A program made the position numbers and the translations under genes. Positions 50,694-63,600 of a stretch of 64,000 nt of DNA are shown piece after piece. The notes below the pieces were generated by a model that saw only the letters and a program-made list of their open reading frames with translations, was not told the origin of the DNA and did no database searches. Each line of letters begins with the position of its first letter. The stretch's first letter is position 1. The stretch is from Podarcis bocagei (Eukaryota), in assembly GCA_964188305.1 (NCBI GenBank), contig OZ076888.1; one strand, written 5' to 3'.

Positions 50694-51002
50694 ACAATCT
50701 TGGACAATGAGGAAACTGAAGGGGAAGAGCCTGTTGTCACTCTGGGAGAACTGGAAGCACTGAGGTCAGGCCAAGACCCAAACACTTTGCCAGGAGATTC
50801 TTCTGTGGCGCTTCCCACTAGCAAGTGGGTTTGTGCCCACTCCTCTGCAAGCAAGAAAATTAATCATAACCAGAGCATTACAGAGAAGCTGGAGCAGCTG
50901 GCAAAAGCCTACTCTGTCCAAGGGGACAAGTGGAGGGCTCTGGGTTACTCAAAAGCCATAAACGCCCTCAAAAGCTACCACAAGCCAATCACCTCTTATC
51001 AG
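50694..51002 (+). CDS. POLL: POLL exon 5, start of 8-kDa dRP lyase domain
   Basis: ctctccaaag|ACAATC...TATCAG|gtaact; contains [55 protein letters not shown]. Confidence 0.93.
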
Positions 51003-51018
51003 GTAACTCAGATAGATC

Positions 51019-51108
51019 TCTTCTAAAGCAAATCCTTTTCTTCTAAAGCAAATCCTTGTTCTTGGGAGCAGCCTCTTCTAAAGCAAATACTTGTTCTTGG
51101 GAGCAGCC
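51019..51108 (+). repeat. Local tandem duplication (35-bp unit x2 plus a 19-bp partial copy)
   Basis: TCTTCTAAAGCAAAT(C/A)CTTGTTCTTGGGAGCAGCC at 51039 and 51074, partial at 51019. Confidence 0.9.
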
Positions 51109-51650
51109 ATTAAGGCTATGGGGCAACTAGACTCTTCTCCTGCCTCACACTTGCAACTCCTGGCTGCACTGCATCCTGTGTGGCTAGCCAGCAGCTTTGT
51201 TGCACAATGGGTCCAAATTGTTGTAAGGTCCAAATTGCTTGTGTTTTAACTTCCCTGGGCTTGGCAGCATCATTCCATTTCTACTTGGGCCACCGTACAG
51301 AGAGATTTCTTAAGTATGAAATTAGCAAAAGCCTACACTATGCTTCTGGTCATTTAAAAGGAATGCAGAGGAAGTCTCTGCACTGAGAGAAAGACAGAAA
51401 AATCTTATAGTCAAAGAGTAAAGATCAGATTTTATTTGCAAAAAATTCATAGACTTCTAAATCCCAATTTAGGAAGGTGGATTCTTGGAAAGGAGGGCCT
51501 GTGTTAGATACCCTCAGGAGTCAAGAACCAATTCCCCCCTGCCCAAGCTGAGCCTAGTCATCTCCAAGCTGGAAGCAGCTGATATTTCCAGATTAAATCA
51601 GCATTGTAGCCTTTTTTCTGGACAACTGTCTGTTTGTGGCTGTTTTTCAG

Positions 51651-51824
51651 GAAGCCTGCAAAATCCCTGGAATTGGGAAGCAGATGGCAGAAAAGATTGT
51701 GGAGATCCTGGAGAGCGGGCACCTTCGAAAGCTGGACCACATCAGTGAGAGTGTGTCAGTGCTGGAAGTATTTTCCAATATCTGGGGAGCAGGAGTCAAG
51801 ACTGCTCAGATGTGGTACCAGCAG
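51651..51824 (+). CDS. POLL: POLL exon 6, helix-hairpin-helix
   Basis: ttttcag|GAAGCC...CAGCAG|gtaatt; [30 protein letters not shown]...[18 protein letters not shown]; 174 bp. Confidence 0.96.
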
Positions 51825-52002
51825 GTAATTTTCTCTCCTCTGCTGTCAACAAGTGCTGCAGTTTTGCTTGTATTATGGTATCATTACAAGGACCCAATAT
51901 GTGAGTTAATTCTTTAGTTTCCTTGCTGAAACTGGTATGGAAAAACCTGCTAATGTGCTAGAGGAGGGAACTTTATACATGTCCCGTGTGTCCTCTGGGC
52001 AG

Positions 52003-52131
52003 GGCTTCCGCACTCTGGATGACATTCGCACTAAGGCTTCCCTCACCAGCCAGCAGGCCATTGGCTTGAAGCACTATGAGGACTTGCTGGAGCGCATGCC
52101 ACGTGAAGAAGCTGCCCAAATTGAGCAGACA
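52003..52131 (+). CDS. POLL: POLL exon 7
   Basis: gggcag|GGCTTC...CAGACA|gtgagt; [43 protein letters not shown]; 129 bp. Confidence 0.96.
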
Positions 52132-52362
52132 GTGAGTACCCCTGTGAGGACTGTGGGCAGGGCAATGTCGAGGCTTAACAGGTCACATGACACACCTCAT
52201 CAAATCAGCTCTTGAGGCAGCCACGATTCTGGTAGGTCCCACATAGTTGGACTTCCTGGCAGTTCAAAGGGGAAGGATGATGAGCAAAGCTGCTGCCTGT
52301 TTTGCCTTTCCTCTCTCCAGGTTGGCGATTTGGCACGTACCAGATTCTGCAAACATGTATAA

Positions 52363-52485
52363 CTGGGATGGGAAGCTTTGGTCCTCCAAATGTGGTTGGA
52401 CTCTGGCTCCCATCATCCCTGACCATTGGCTGATAGGATTTGGAGACCCAACAACATCTGGTGGACCCCAGGTTCCTCATCCCAG
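52363..52485. mobile_element. ~125-bp hairpin MITE family (CAGGG..CCCTG ends); other copies at about 2968-3089, 5548-5680, 6756-6892, 23694-23830, 46606-46716, 59185-59586, 60998-61090
   Basis: Each copy is an imperfect fold-back of the type GGGATGGGAA..CTCCA.ATGTTGTTGGACT..CTCCCATCATCCCT..GATGGGAGTTGGAGTCCAACAACATCTGG..CCCATCCCTG. Confidence 0.7.
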
Positions 52486-54170
52486 CTCTAAAGAGAGCCT
52501 AGAAATCTTACCTGTGGGTTTTTTTGGTGGTTTTTTTTTTTGCTACAAACCAGCAATTCTCACCCCTTTGTTTGCAAGCTCTCAACCTGATAGGCCAGTC
52601 TTTCTCTAAAAGGACCCTCAGACTGCATCATGGCAGAGCAGTGGTGCAAAAACACCTTGAAAATCTTTGTGGTGCCCCCCATGGTAGGGAAAGGGAGCTT
52701 TCTAACTTTCTGAACAGGTCTCCCTTCCTTTTGTGGGTTTGACCAGGATGGTGCTCATAGAAGCCAATAGGCAGTTCATAAAATTGTTTTCAGGTTGCAA
52801 GTTGTCGGCTTATAGGCTGAAGTTACGTGATCCTTTATCACTGCTTCTCCTGTACGTTGAAATCACCATGGCAGCACTGGGCAGCATGATACTGTCACTC
52901 AGTCACAGTGCCTGCCCCTGAAGAATGCATCGTTGCCAGGTAGGGCATCATTCCTTGCACAGGATTAAAGCTCTTTTGGGAGCCCCTGCCCTTGGGAGTG
53001 GACCTATTGTGGGTTTGATGGAATTACCCATTTCTTGCCCACCTCAGGGAGTAGACAAGAGAATGAGGGGATTAGCTGCTGTCCGTCTGAGACCCAAGGT
53101 GCTGTGTGGGGCTGGCTGCTTTCAAGAAAACTTAATTGAGGATGCAGAGGGACAGATCTGCATTCGAAAAGCCATGAAAGCTGTTCCCAAATGTTGCAGG
53201 GCAAAGGTTAATGAGCTTATCCCTCACTAATGAAGGATGATCCTGGAGACTGACAAGGAGCACTCAGACCCTCCCCCCCGCCACCGCCCAGCCCCACAAC
53301 TGCTTCCTTTCCTTCTACCCATGCCACTCTCTATGTTCTGAACCAGCAATCATGTCTTTGTTTAGTAAGATGGATTATTGGCACTGTGATACCCATAATC
53401 CTGAATTCTGAAATCACCTTCAAGCGATGCTTTTAAACGAAGCCATCAGAAGTATGCTGGTGCAGAGAAGCTCTTGGGCGAGGGACTCTTCTTTGGGCAC
53501 CCACCCACTGGGATGTGATTTCCAGCAGTCTAGGGTTTGGCTGCTGCACCAGCAGGACATTTTGCTCTTCAGAGTTTTCCTTCCATGAAATGGGAAATGG
53601 CCCAGCCCTGCAGGAGGAGAGTGCCAGGGTCAGCCAGCCTTACGCCAGCCGAAAATACTAATCCCTTATGAATTTTGGATGTCCTGGTGACTTTAGGACT
53701 GGTTCTGCTGCGTCACATATTTTGCTACCACCCTTCTCTGCTAAAAGGTCCCAGGTCCCACTCTTTTCCAACCTGCTTCATTACAGCTTTGGACAGAATG
53801 TTTTGTTTATGCAGCAGAGTAACATCCCATAGTTTGGAAGGGTTATTGTCACCTGTCACCCAAACTACAAATGGGTCACAAGTTAGCTAACCTGCATACA
53901 TAACAACTCATGTAATTCAGCATCCTGAGAATTTTAGCATTCATTATCACCACTGTGAGAGTTTGAAGTTAAATTTGCAAGCATATAGATACATTTACAG
54001 TAAACTCCCAAACCCCAGTCGGGCTCAGTACAATTTTCTGTTGCGAAGGGGCTGGACTCCTTGCCCTCCCTCATGCCCATCAGAAGCAGAATAAATTTAA
54101 TGATTTAATGATTCATGCAAGCAAAAGAATCCAGCTGTTTTGACAAAAGAATTTGAATTATGGTGTATGC

Positions 54171-54208
54171 TTTGTTTTGTTTTGTTTTGTTTTGTTTTGT
54201 TTTGTTTT
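54171..54208 (+). repeat. (TTTTG)n microsatellite, about 7 units
   Basis: Read directly. Confidence 0.9.
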
Positions 54209-54317
54209 ACCCACACTGCTGGGGGTAATTGAATCACCACAGTTGATGGGAATGGAAAGTTACTTGAAATCAGCAACTACACCTCTGCCCGTTCCTCTAC
54301 ACTGTCTTTCACTGCAG

Positions 54318-54486
54318 GTCAGAGAAGCAGCCCTGTTGATCAATCCTGGGCTGGTGTGTGTCGCGTGTGGCTCGTTCCGGCGGGAAAAGTCCACCTGTGG
54401 GGATGTGGACGTGCTGGTGACTCACCCCGATGGGCACTCGCACCAAGGAGTGTTCAGCAAGCTGCTTGATAGCCTCCGGAAAAGTG
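54318..54486 (+). CDS. POLL: POLL exon 8, palm domain with catalytic DxD
   Basis: actgcag|GTCAGA...AGTg|gtatga; contains [23 protein letters not shown], the Pol X signature; 169 bp. Confidence 0.97.
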
Positions 54487-55325
54487 GTATGAGGGTACCT
54501 GTGGGGCTGGAATGTGGCAGGGCAGGGTAAGGGGTCACACTGTTGAACCTTTTCACCACTCTGAAATCAGCAGAATGGGAATCCAGAATGTGTATCTGGC
54601 ACCGCCATGTTGAGCTCGTCTTGGCAGTTCATCTTAGCACTAAAAGTGCCTGTATCTGGGACTTCTTTGGAAGGAACCATCCCGCCCCGCCCCCGCCCCC
54701 CGTGTAGATAGTTGGGCTCCCTGCATGAAGGACTTTATAAGAAGGAATGGTTTATAGTGCCTGCCATAATATAACAACATGGGTGATTCTGTTTCTTGAC
54801 ATACTTCTCTGTATGAATGTCAGAGCCTCTTCTCACCTATTGTACTGTAAATATGAGGCTACAACCGAATAAATATAGCAGGTTTGATTAGCTTCTTGCT
54901 CACATTTTGGACTCTTTGCTCTTAGAGGCTCCGTTGCCCTTGTATGTTGGCACTATCTCTAGCCAAATTTTGGTGAAAGGCTTTACTCTTGCCATTCTCC
55001 AAGATACTGGTTTAGCTGCTGTGTCTCAGATGTTCTTTTAGGAGAGAACATATATTTTGAGAGGCCAGAATGCTGATCATGATCAGGTAGTTCAGGTCTC
55101 TTGTATGTTGAACACCATGAATTGTCCTGGTGACGCACAATCTTGATAAGAGCATAAGAAGACCCCTGCAGAATCAGGCCAGTACTTAACAGCGGTCCGC
55201 CAGATCCCAGGAGACTCCCTACCAATCGTGTTGGTGAGCCAGGAGCCCAGTACTGATGCTAGCAAGCAGGGGGCCCTCCAGCACAGGCTTACCACTAAGT
55301 GGGGACAGAAAACAATCCTTGAAGG

Positions 55326-55775
55326 AATCATAGAATTGGGACCCTCCCCCCGCCAAGTCATCTAGTCCAACCCCTTGCAATGCAAGAATCTCAACTAAAG
55401 CATCCATGACAGATGGGCACCCAACCTCTGCTTAAAATTTTCCAGGGAAGGAAAGCCCACAACTACCTGAGGGAATCTGTTCCACTATCGAACAGCTCTT
55501 ACCATCAGAAGGTTCTTCCTGATGTTTAGTTGAAATCTCCTTTCTTGTAACTTGAATTCATTGGTTTAGGTCCTACCCTGCAGAGCAGGGCAAAACAAGC
55601 TTGCTCCATCCTCCATGTGACAGCCTTTGAGATATTTGAAGATGGCTGTCACATCTTCTCTCAGCCTCTGCTTTCCAGGCCAAACATCCCCAGCTCCTTC
55701 AATGGCTCCTCATAAGGCTTGGTTTCCAGATCATCTTGATCGCCATCCCCTGCACATGTTCCAGGCACTTTGCCA
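55326..55775 (-). mobile_element. 5'-truncated CR1 LINE 3' end in POLL intron 8
   Basis: GAATCATAGAAT (reverse complement of the CR1 ATTCTATGATTC tail); minus-strand LETKPYEEPLKELGMFGLE matches the CR1 ORF2 C-terminus. Confidence 0.88.
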
Positions 55776-55808
55776 GCCAAACTCCCTGACTTGTGCCTTT
55801 CCCCACAG

Positions 55809-56173
55809 GCTTCCTGACAGATGATTTGGTGAGTCAGGAAGACAATGGAAGCCAAAAGAAATACCTCGGGGTCTGTCGTCTGCCAGGACCAGGCCGGCGC
55901 CACCGGCGCCTTGACATCATTGTGGTGCCCTACAGTGAGTTTGCCTGTGCCCTGCTCTACTTCACTGGCTCAGCCCACTTCAACCGCTCCATGCGAGCTC
56001 TGGCCAAGACCAAGGGCATGAGCCTGTCGGAGCATGCCCTCAGCAGCGGGGTGGTGCGTGGAGCCGGTGGCCTCAAAACAGTGCCTGGCGTGGCCCTGTC
56101 TACTCCCACCGAGAGGGATATCTTCATTCACCTGGGGCTGCCTTACCGGGAGCCCCCCGAGAGGGACTGGTGA
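55809..56173 (+). CDS. POLL: POLL exon 9 (terminal), third catalytic Asp and thumb
   Basis: ccccacag|gcTTCCTG...GACTGG TGA; FLTDDL...RRLDII...[14 protein letters not shown]...LSEH...YREPPERDW*. Coding exons total 1725 nt = 574 aa + stop. Confidence 0.97.
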
Positions 56174-56880
56174 CAAAGGACAGGAAGAGAGCTATTTGAG
56201 GATGCCCTCATGGTGCTTGCATGTGACTCACTTGGGACCTTCCAGCCTCTGTAGACTTGTCTGCTTTCCTTGGCAAATTCTTGCAGGTGCTAAAGACAGG
56301 AGGACTTGTGTGATTAAGGGGAGCTAGTCCTTCTCTTTGCTACTGGGAAGAAAAGCCCAAGGCCCTGAATGGATTCAGTTTTTTAATGGATTGCCATTAG
56401 AGAGGCACTAAGGGCAAATTAACCTACCTCACTGGCCAATTTTAATGAATGAATGAGAAAATTTGTAAAGCGATTTTGCACATTGAAACTCCCATGTAAA
56501 GGCGGAGGAAGAGTGGTGGGGGGAATGAATAGATTTTTAAGAATGGGTTTTAAATTCACCTTTGCAAAGGTAGCATCCTTTTAAGGCTGCTAGCTTCTCT
56601 TATTTGGAGAGGCTGCTTTTCTGCTAAGAGAGGGGGTTTGTGGTTTGTTTGCCAAGAAATGAAGTGTCATGGATTTCCATCTCAGGATTAATCTCTTCTA
56701 GCTGAAATTATATTCTCCCTCCAACCCTGCTGCTGGCCTTGGAAAATGTTTTAAAGGTTTTAGAATCCTACCCTTCCCCAAATGGTGGCACAGGATTGTT
56801 TATTTGTGTAATTTATGCTAACTGTAGAGCTTGGTATGGTTTCAGGATTTGGAACTTATTGTTAGTACTTTCAGGAGGTG

Positions 56881-56886
56881 AATAAA
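56881..56886 (+). terminator. Candidate POLL poly(A) signal (a second AATAAA lies at 57899-57904)
   Basis: First AATAAA I found downstream of the POLL stop, about 0.7 kb away. Confidence 0.45.
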
Positions 56887-59800
56887 CGAGAGGGAGCTTC
56901 TGAACGCAGCAAGCCAGTAGGGAAGGGGCAGAAAACGGCATGAAGTGAAGACACAGCAGGAGGGTAGCTTTGGATGGAATAACTTGGAGGTACTTTTCTA
57001 GCACTAAGAAGAATCAGGCAGTAAAACAACTTTGGGGTATATGCTTCTCTGAGTACCAAGAAGAGGCTGAATCAGCATCTCTCAAGAACGTTTCAGATAT
57101 AGTTTGCAGTTAAATATCAAACTTCTTTGCTAAGGTAAACATAATTCTGTACTAATTTGTTATTTCTTTGTTAAATTTCTATATTGCCCTTCATTCAAGG
57201 ATCACAGGGCGTTTACAATATAAAAATACACTCACTGAGGTCCATCTACCCAGAAATGCTGCTGAAACACCCGTACATTACTGAGACTCCTCAAAGCGCT
57301 ACCTGCACTATTTCAAACATGTCTTCACAGCCTTAAAGGCTTGAAACTTGTCCCCCCCCCCCTTTTAAAAATGAAGCTGCAGTTCTCAGGGTGCTGAACT
57401 GTGACACAGTGCTTTACCACATCCTGCATCTGTATGGCTTGATTAGGATGTAAACAGCAGAATACACTTTGCCTTAGCTGATGAGTCAGAACTTATTGGA
57501 AGTTGCCTAATATCAGATCGGACTATTTTCCCACCTAGCCCAATAATGTCTACTCTGACTGGCAGTGGCTCTCGGGGTCTCAGGCAGGAATATTCCCAGT
57601 CTCTTGCTACATGATCCTTTTAAGTAGGAGATGCTAGGAACCGAAGGCCTGGGACCGTCTGTTTGCAGGACAGGTGCTCTGCCACTGAGTCGTGGGCCCT
57701 TCCCAGTTCTTGTGTTAGACTAGGTGACCCTTAGGGAAATACACCTTAGTGAGCTGTAGCTATCCCCTTAGCTGCACAGGCTCCTTTGCCCACCTCCATG
57801 TTGTACCTCTGCAGTGTATCACTTAGGGATCAGCACAATAAGGTCCCCTTGTGCTCTGTTCTTTTGGAAACAAAGGATTGCTGTGATTTTTGAAAGACAA
57901 TAAAACCTGTTAACATGTTTTAAGTTCTGTTATGAATTAGATCCTTGGTTGGACTAATGATTCAACACGGATGGCATTCTAAAGCTGCCTCCATGTTCGC
58001 TGTAAGTACCGCCTGGATGCTGTGTAATGCTCCCATAGAGGAATTTGAAATTGCTGGTGCAGTGAAGAACTTGAGGGGAAAGGGAGAAGGAATACAACCT
58101 ACCTAGCAACTAAATTGAAAGGTGGCTTGATCTGGTATGAGGTGTGGGGGGGGAGAACTTTCCCCCAATATAATATTATTGAGGAGCCAATAGACGCTTT
58201 GATCTGTCATGGAGATGTAGAACAAGAACCTTTATACAGTAATTGGACTAATTCAGATCAGTGCTGGTCTGCAATAGGATTCTGTGTATTGGCCTGTTGG
58301 CGAGTGATGGAACTGTTAATGGGAAAGTAAAAGCGTTTGAAGTGCTCTCCATCTTGACTTACTGTATTGTTGCTTTAGAAGACAAGCTCAGTAGGATATG
58401 TTGGTCACAGTGCGGCTTGGAGGGCAATTCCTGGCCTGCCTAAAGGTAAAGCTAGAGGAACTGCTGGACCACAATCCTGTTAGCGCTCTTCCCCCCTTGA
58501 TCTGAGTTCAGAAGACACAGCGCTTTCCCTGCCCTTTGTCAGTAGCTTTGTGCTGGTGGCAGGGAGCCACAATTCACACCCAGGCACTAACCACAGCTCC
58601 AAATCATCAAAGCCTCCTGCTCCTGCAGGGAAGGGGTCCCCCCCCCGGTGTTGTTTCTTTTACAATGACTGGGGTGGGCACTTGGGCAACCAGGTGGTAA
58701 GAGTTTGGGGGCAGCAGCATACTTGCAGCTTCTCTAAACCTCAATGGAGCCTCTGCACTGTAGTTTATGAGGGGGGTCTCAATTCAACCCTGATGACTGT
58801 AATCTTCTTTTATAATGGATTTTTTCTTCTTCTCAGAGATTTGGCCTGTGGCGAGAGCAGAAGGGAGACTTGGCCCCTGTGAGAAAATTCACAGTGCTAG
58901 ATCACATGTAGTTGTCAAAGTCATTAGCCACTAGTTGCATTTTCACTGTATCACAGGCCTCCCCTCCCCAGCTCTTCAAGGAGATGCTGCTTATGCTTGC
59001 TAGGGTAATGAGACCTGGGGATGTTTTACTGGCAGCGCAGGTTCACATGGGTGTTGCTGTAAGTCAGAAGGACAACCCCACCACCTCCTCCTCCAGGTGT
59101 CTCTCTAAATATACACTCCAGGTCCCACAGTTTCAAGTGGACCCTCCTTCCTGAATGTCTGCACTCTCAAAACACAGTGCTTAAGGTAAAGATGAGGAAC
59201 CTCTGGACTTCCAGGTGCTGTTGGACTCCAACTCCCATCAGTCCCAGCTAGTATGACCAAGTGGTCAGGGTTGATGGGAGTTGTGGTGCAATTACATTAA
59301 TTGAATCGTAGAGTTGGAAGGAGCCACAGGGGTTATCTAGTTCCCTAGTCCCTGCCCTGCAATGCGGGAATCTTCTGCCCAGTATGGGGCTTGAGCTCTT
59401 GATCCCGAGATCAATAATAATAATACATTATTTATACCCTGCCCTTCTCGCTGGGTTTCCCCAGCCACTCTGGGCAACTCCCAACAGAATATTAAAAACA
59501 CGATAAAATATCAAACATTTTAAACTTCCCTAAGATCAAGAGTCTCGTGCTCTACCAACTGACTTATCCCAGGTTGCCCATCCCTGTTTTGAGCCCTGCT
59601 GGTCGGATCCTCACTTCTGCAATGCAGAGAGAAGCCATACGCCCTACACTGAATATTTCAGTCTGTGTTGCTAAAGGTCTGGAGGACAGACACCTACAGA
59701 AATGCTGCCTACCTGTAGGGTGACAGGAGGCATGGGAGGAATGAGCTCCTGTGCCATTAAATATTAGTGTTGAGTAAGTGTTGCTCTCTTTTGGTTCTGC

Positions 59801-60276
59801 ACGACTAGAACCACCTGCCCCAAACCCCTCTTCTCTTAAAGGTACAAGAGCCTTTCCTTCCTTTGCAGCTCATCACTCTGGAGCTGCTGCCTGAACTAGA
59901 CCAACCGGTTTATGTCATGGTGAGCTATGGGGGAAAGGCCAGATTTGTAGTGCTGTCTACTTTGAGCAATCTGGCATGGCATTTAAGTTAACGTAATTGC
60001 TTCATAGGAGAGACTAAAAAAAAAAGTGGGCCTCCATGATTTGAGGTCACAGTATCCAGTTGTGCTGGGATCTGTGCTTGAGATTAGTAAACTGGTGGCA
60101 TGATTTCTGAAGTACAGACGAATAACTTGGATCTTAAGATAAGGTAACAGAAGGAAAGTTCCCCCCTCCTCCATGCAACTACCTGCTTCTCCAGGTGTTT
60201 GGGGGCCCTCTTGGGCAAAGGACAATTCTGGGTGAGTCTACCCAGTAGCTCCTCAGACCCCCTTCCACATTCCATT

Positions 60277-60633
60277 CCTAAACGGCCTTGGTCCAGTATA
60301 CCTGAAGGAGCGTCTCCACCCCCATCGTTCTACGCGGACACTGAGGTCCAGCACCGAGGGTCTTCTGGCAGTTCCCTCACTGCGAGAAGCCAAGTTACAG
60401 GGAACCAGGCAGAGGGCCTTATTGGTAGTGGCGCCTGCCCTGTGGAACGCCCTCCCACCAGATGTCAAAGAGAACAACTACCAGACTTTTAGAAGACATC
60501 TGAAGGCAGCCCTGTTTAGGGAAGCTTTTAATGTTTGATGCATTACTGTGTTTTGATACTTTGTTGGGGGCTGCCCAGAGTGGCTAGGGAGGCCCAGCCA
60601 GATGGGCAGGGTATAAATAATAATAATAATAAT
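60277..60633 (+). mobile_element. Relatively young L2-type LINE 3' end with (AAT)n tail
   Basis: Encodes LNGLGPVYLKERL...TRQRA..APALWNALP...FRRHLKAALFREAF, then a 3' UTR and an AAT-repeat tail. Confidence 0.8.
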
Positions 60634-63600
60634 TTATTATTATTCTGGAGCCTCCCCTCCAAGAGGTTTGGGGGGGAAGCAAGTGGGGAGAAGAAGCTTT
60701 TGCTCCACCAGCCTCCTTAATTACAGCTAATCCACACCTCTCGTCCATTTGACTTTACATCAGAACATGTATTCTCACAATCTTGAATGAGCACAAGTAT
60801 ATAAGACATTATACAATATGACAACTACATCTGCTTACATCAAGATTGTACTGATGTTTACAATTACAATAATAATAATTTACAAAAGACATCATGCAGT
60901 TCTCAAAACAGCAACTGTTCCTCTTCCCTCTTACAATTTGAACAATCTTAGTTAAATTTGTCATCTCAGCAGTTGTCCAGTGTTCATACGTTATAACCGG
61001 GATGGGGAACTCCATCCCTGACGGTGGCCTTTGCTGGCTGAGACAGATGGGACTTGGAGTCCAACATCCTCTGGAAGAGGATGTTTCCTGGGCTGGGTTT
61101 TACACTATTTGCTTGGTCCTTGGTAAGCTCACCCTGTACCATCGAGAGCTACTAGTTTCCCTTTTTATCCTGGGTTGACACAAGCAATTTTCATGCACCT
61201 CCATTCAAGTTGCTTGGCTCCCCAATTCAGATCATGCACATTGTGTGTAATAAGGGGGTCCTCTTGTGGTCAAGACATGTAATGACATGTTCTGCTAACT
61301 CCCTTTTTATAGGCAGAATCTCTAGTGCGTGTTTCTATGATGTCTCAGAAGGTTCCACTCTTTCGTAGCCTGCAGGACTATTTCGGTGGCCAGGAAAGTC
61401 CCTGTGCATGAAATACTATGGCTCTTGGGAAGGCACCTTAGGAGCTGTAGGACAAACCAGCTCTCCTCTCAGTAAGGAAGCAGAGTTCTGATGTTAGAGA
61501 GGGTGATCCACTTTGGGGCAGTTTGGGGTGCATGCTGGAGAACTGCAAGCCATTCCAGTTTCTTTCCCCAGCCAGAAAAAAATTTAGATAATCTCTGGAG
61601 CTGCTTTAAAGCCTGTGAATTTCCCATGGTTCCCAGTGGGAGGGAAACCATATATTCACAACCATATAGGCTAGAAACTTGCTTCTAACAAGGGGAAGAA
61701 AAGTGAAGTTCTCAGATGGCCAGGGACCTATTCTGAATTTTCTGTTCTTCTATGGCTTTGCAGCATACACACCACCTCAGTCTGAGGGATCTCTAAAAGG
61801 TTCGTCCAACTGCTCTAAAGCAGGGATTCCAAGACATTCCTGACTACCACCGCTTATACTTCTTTTTCTGATAAAAGTTAGGGAAAATATTTTGGAAAAT
61901 GAAAGGTTATCCCCTAACTTTTCTCGGTAACTTGTCCCATTGCTCGTTTCTGTTTTATTATTCGAGTTCCACTAAATACCTACCACTGCACCATGAAACT
62001 GTTGCTTTCACCCTTTCTTCTGTCACAGTGAAGCATAGCTGTCATTCCCGCTCATTGAGAGCAGCTTATAAGTATTTAAAGCCACGTTCCAACTTAATCT
62101 GCCTTTGTCTACAATAAATATGTTTTATTGTCTTCAACCTCTCCGCATGTCTTGCATCCCACTGCTTTTCCCCTCTGAATTTATTTCAGTGTGTTAATAT
62201 TCATTCACAACATGACTATCAAAGCTGGGTGCTTTCTCCCTCCATTTGTGGGCACAAGCGCCGTAAAGCAGGCCTGCGCCTCCAGTACCGCGTTGCTTCT
62301 AAGGCATCTTCCAAAGAGCATTTGCCTTTCTGGGAGCAGCATCGCCTGCCTGACTCATGTTCAGCTTATGACCTCCTATAGCCCCTAGATTACCTGCCTG
62401 TCATCGTAATTTATTGTGCAAAGGCCTCTTCCGCTGAGATAAAGTTAGATGAGCAAAATATCACTTCTGAGATGCGTCTGAACAACCTGGAATGTTTGCC
62501 CAGGAATGGCGCACCGTGCAGCTGAGCATGGAAGAAATCCACGTCTCTTGCAATTATATCATCTCACAATTATACATGGTGTTTTGTGTAAATTCAAACA
62601 AATTACTGACACACACAGAGCATAATTGTCAACCTCCTTCAATGCATGGACTTCTGTAGAAGGAGACCCTTGGATAAAGCGGTTAAAGTTTCACAGGGTG
62701 ATAATGTGTGGGTTGTAAGTGACTTTGTGAAACCTTCTGGAATAGGGTGTGGAAGAATTTCATGACACATTCTGGTACGTTTGTTCATTTAGTGGTTGGT
62801 AAATGCAGTTTGTTATAAATGAAACGAAAAGCCTAGGAAATAGGATGAAAAGGATGAACACATAAAGAGCAGGTGAATTCTACCTCAGAGATTCAGTAAT
62901 CATGAATTATGTTTTGGCCTGTGGTAGACATTGAAAAGTAAGGAGGTAGAGGATTCTTAACACTTAACTGCTGGGGGTATTTATGAAGCTGCCCATGCAG
63001 GTCAACTCTCCCAGAGTGTCAGGGGCAGCTAGCCAGACCAGAAGGAGGACCAGTCTAAATGCCAGGTTCTCTCTAGACTACTACTTTTCTCAAATGGAAA
63101 AATGTGAATTTAAGAGATGTTGACTTTGCTCCACTGATTTATGGCATTAGGAGCAGGTATGAGCCACATAGTTTGTGCCTCTGCAAGCACGTTCAGAAAT
63201 TTAAGATGGGTATCAGGCTCTCACTAGGTGGCCTCTGGTGCTGGGTTATTCTTTTTCTGGGAAGTTCCTACCCCTGCGCATAGACTGTGAGTCTGATGAT
63301 CCTGAAAATTAAAATTCAGCTAAATGCTGCAGCAGATTAGTTGCCGAAGAAGCCCAAGGAAATGGGAATTGGGGCTTCCTGGGGTGGAGTAACAACACTT
63401 ACAACTCCAGTCCCAGAGAAAACTGCTGCTTCTGCTCCTGCATATATCCAGCACTGCATATTGCTTTCATCTTAAGAACCTTTGCATTAGCCACGCGCTC
63501 CACTTTCAAAAAATACTGCAAGGTGACATTTCCTACCTTGCAATAAATGTTGTTGTCATTGTGTTAGTCCAAAGGATGGGGGAGAAATTTGATTCAGTTT

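Noticed and set aside
57478-57500. Other CTGATGA motifs (also near 20280, 63293, 63872) as possible hammerheads or C/D boxes
   Set aside because: None has a pairable stem II followed by GAAA and a matching stem I, and I found no convincing snoRNA terminal stem.
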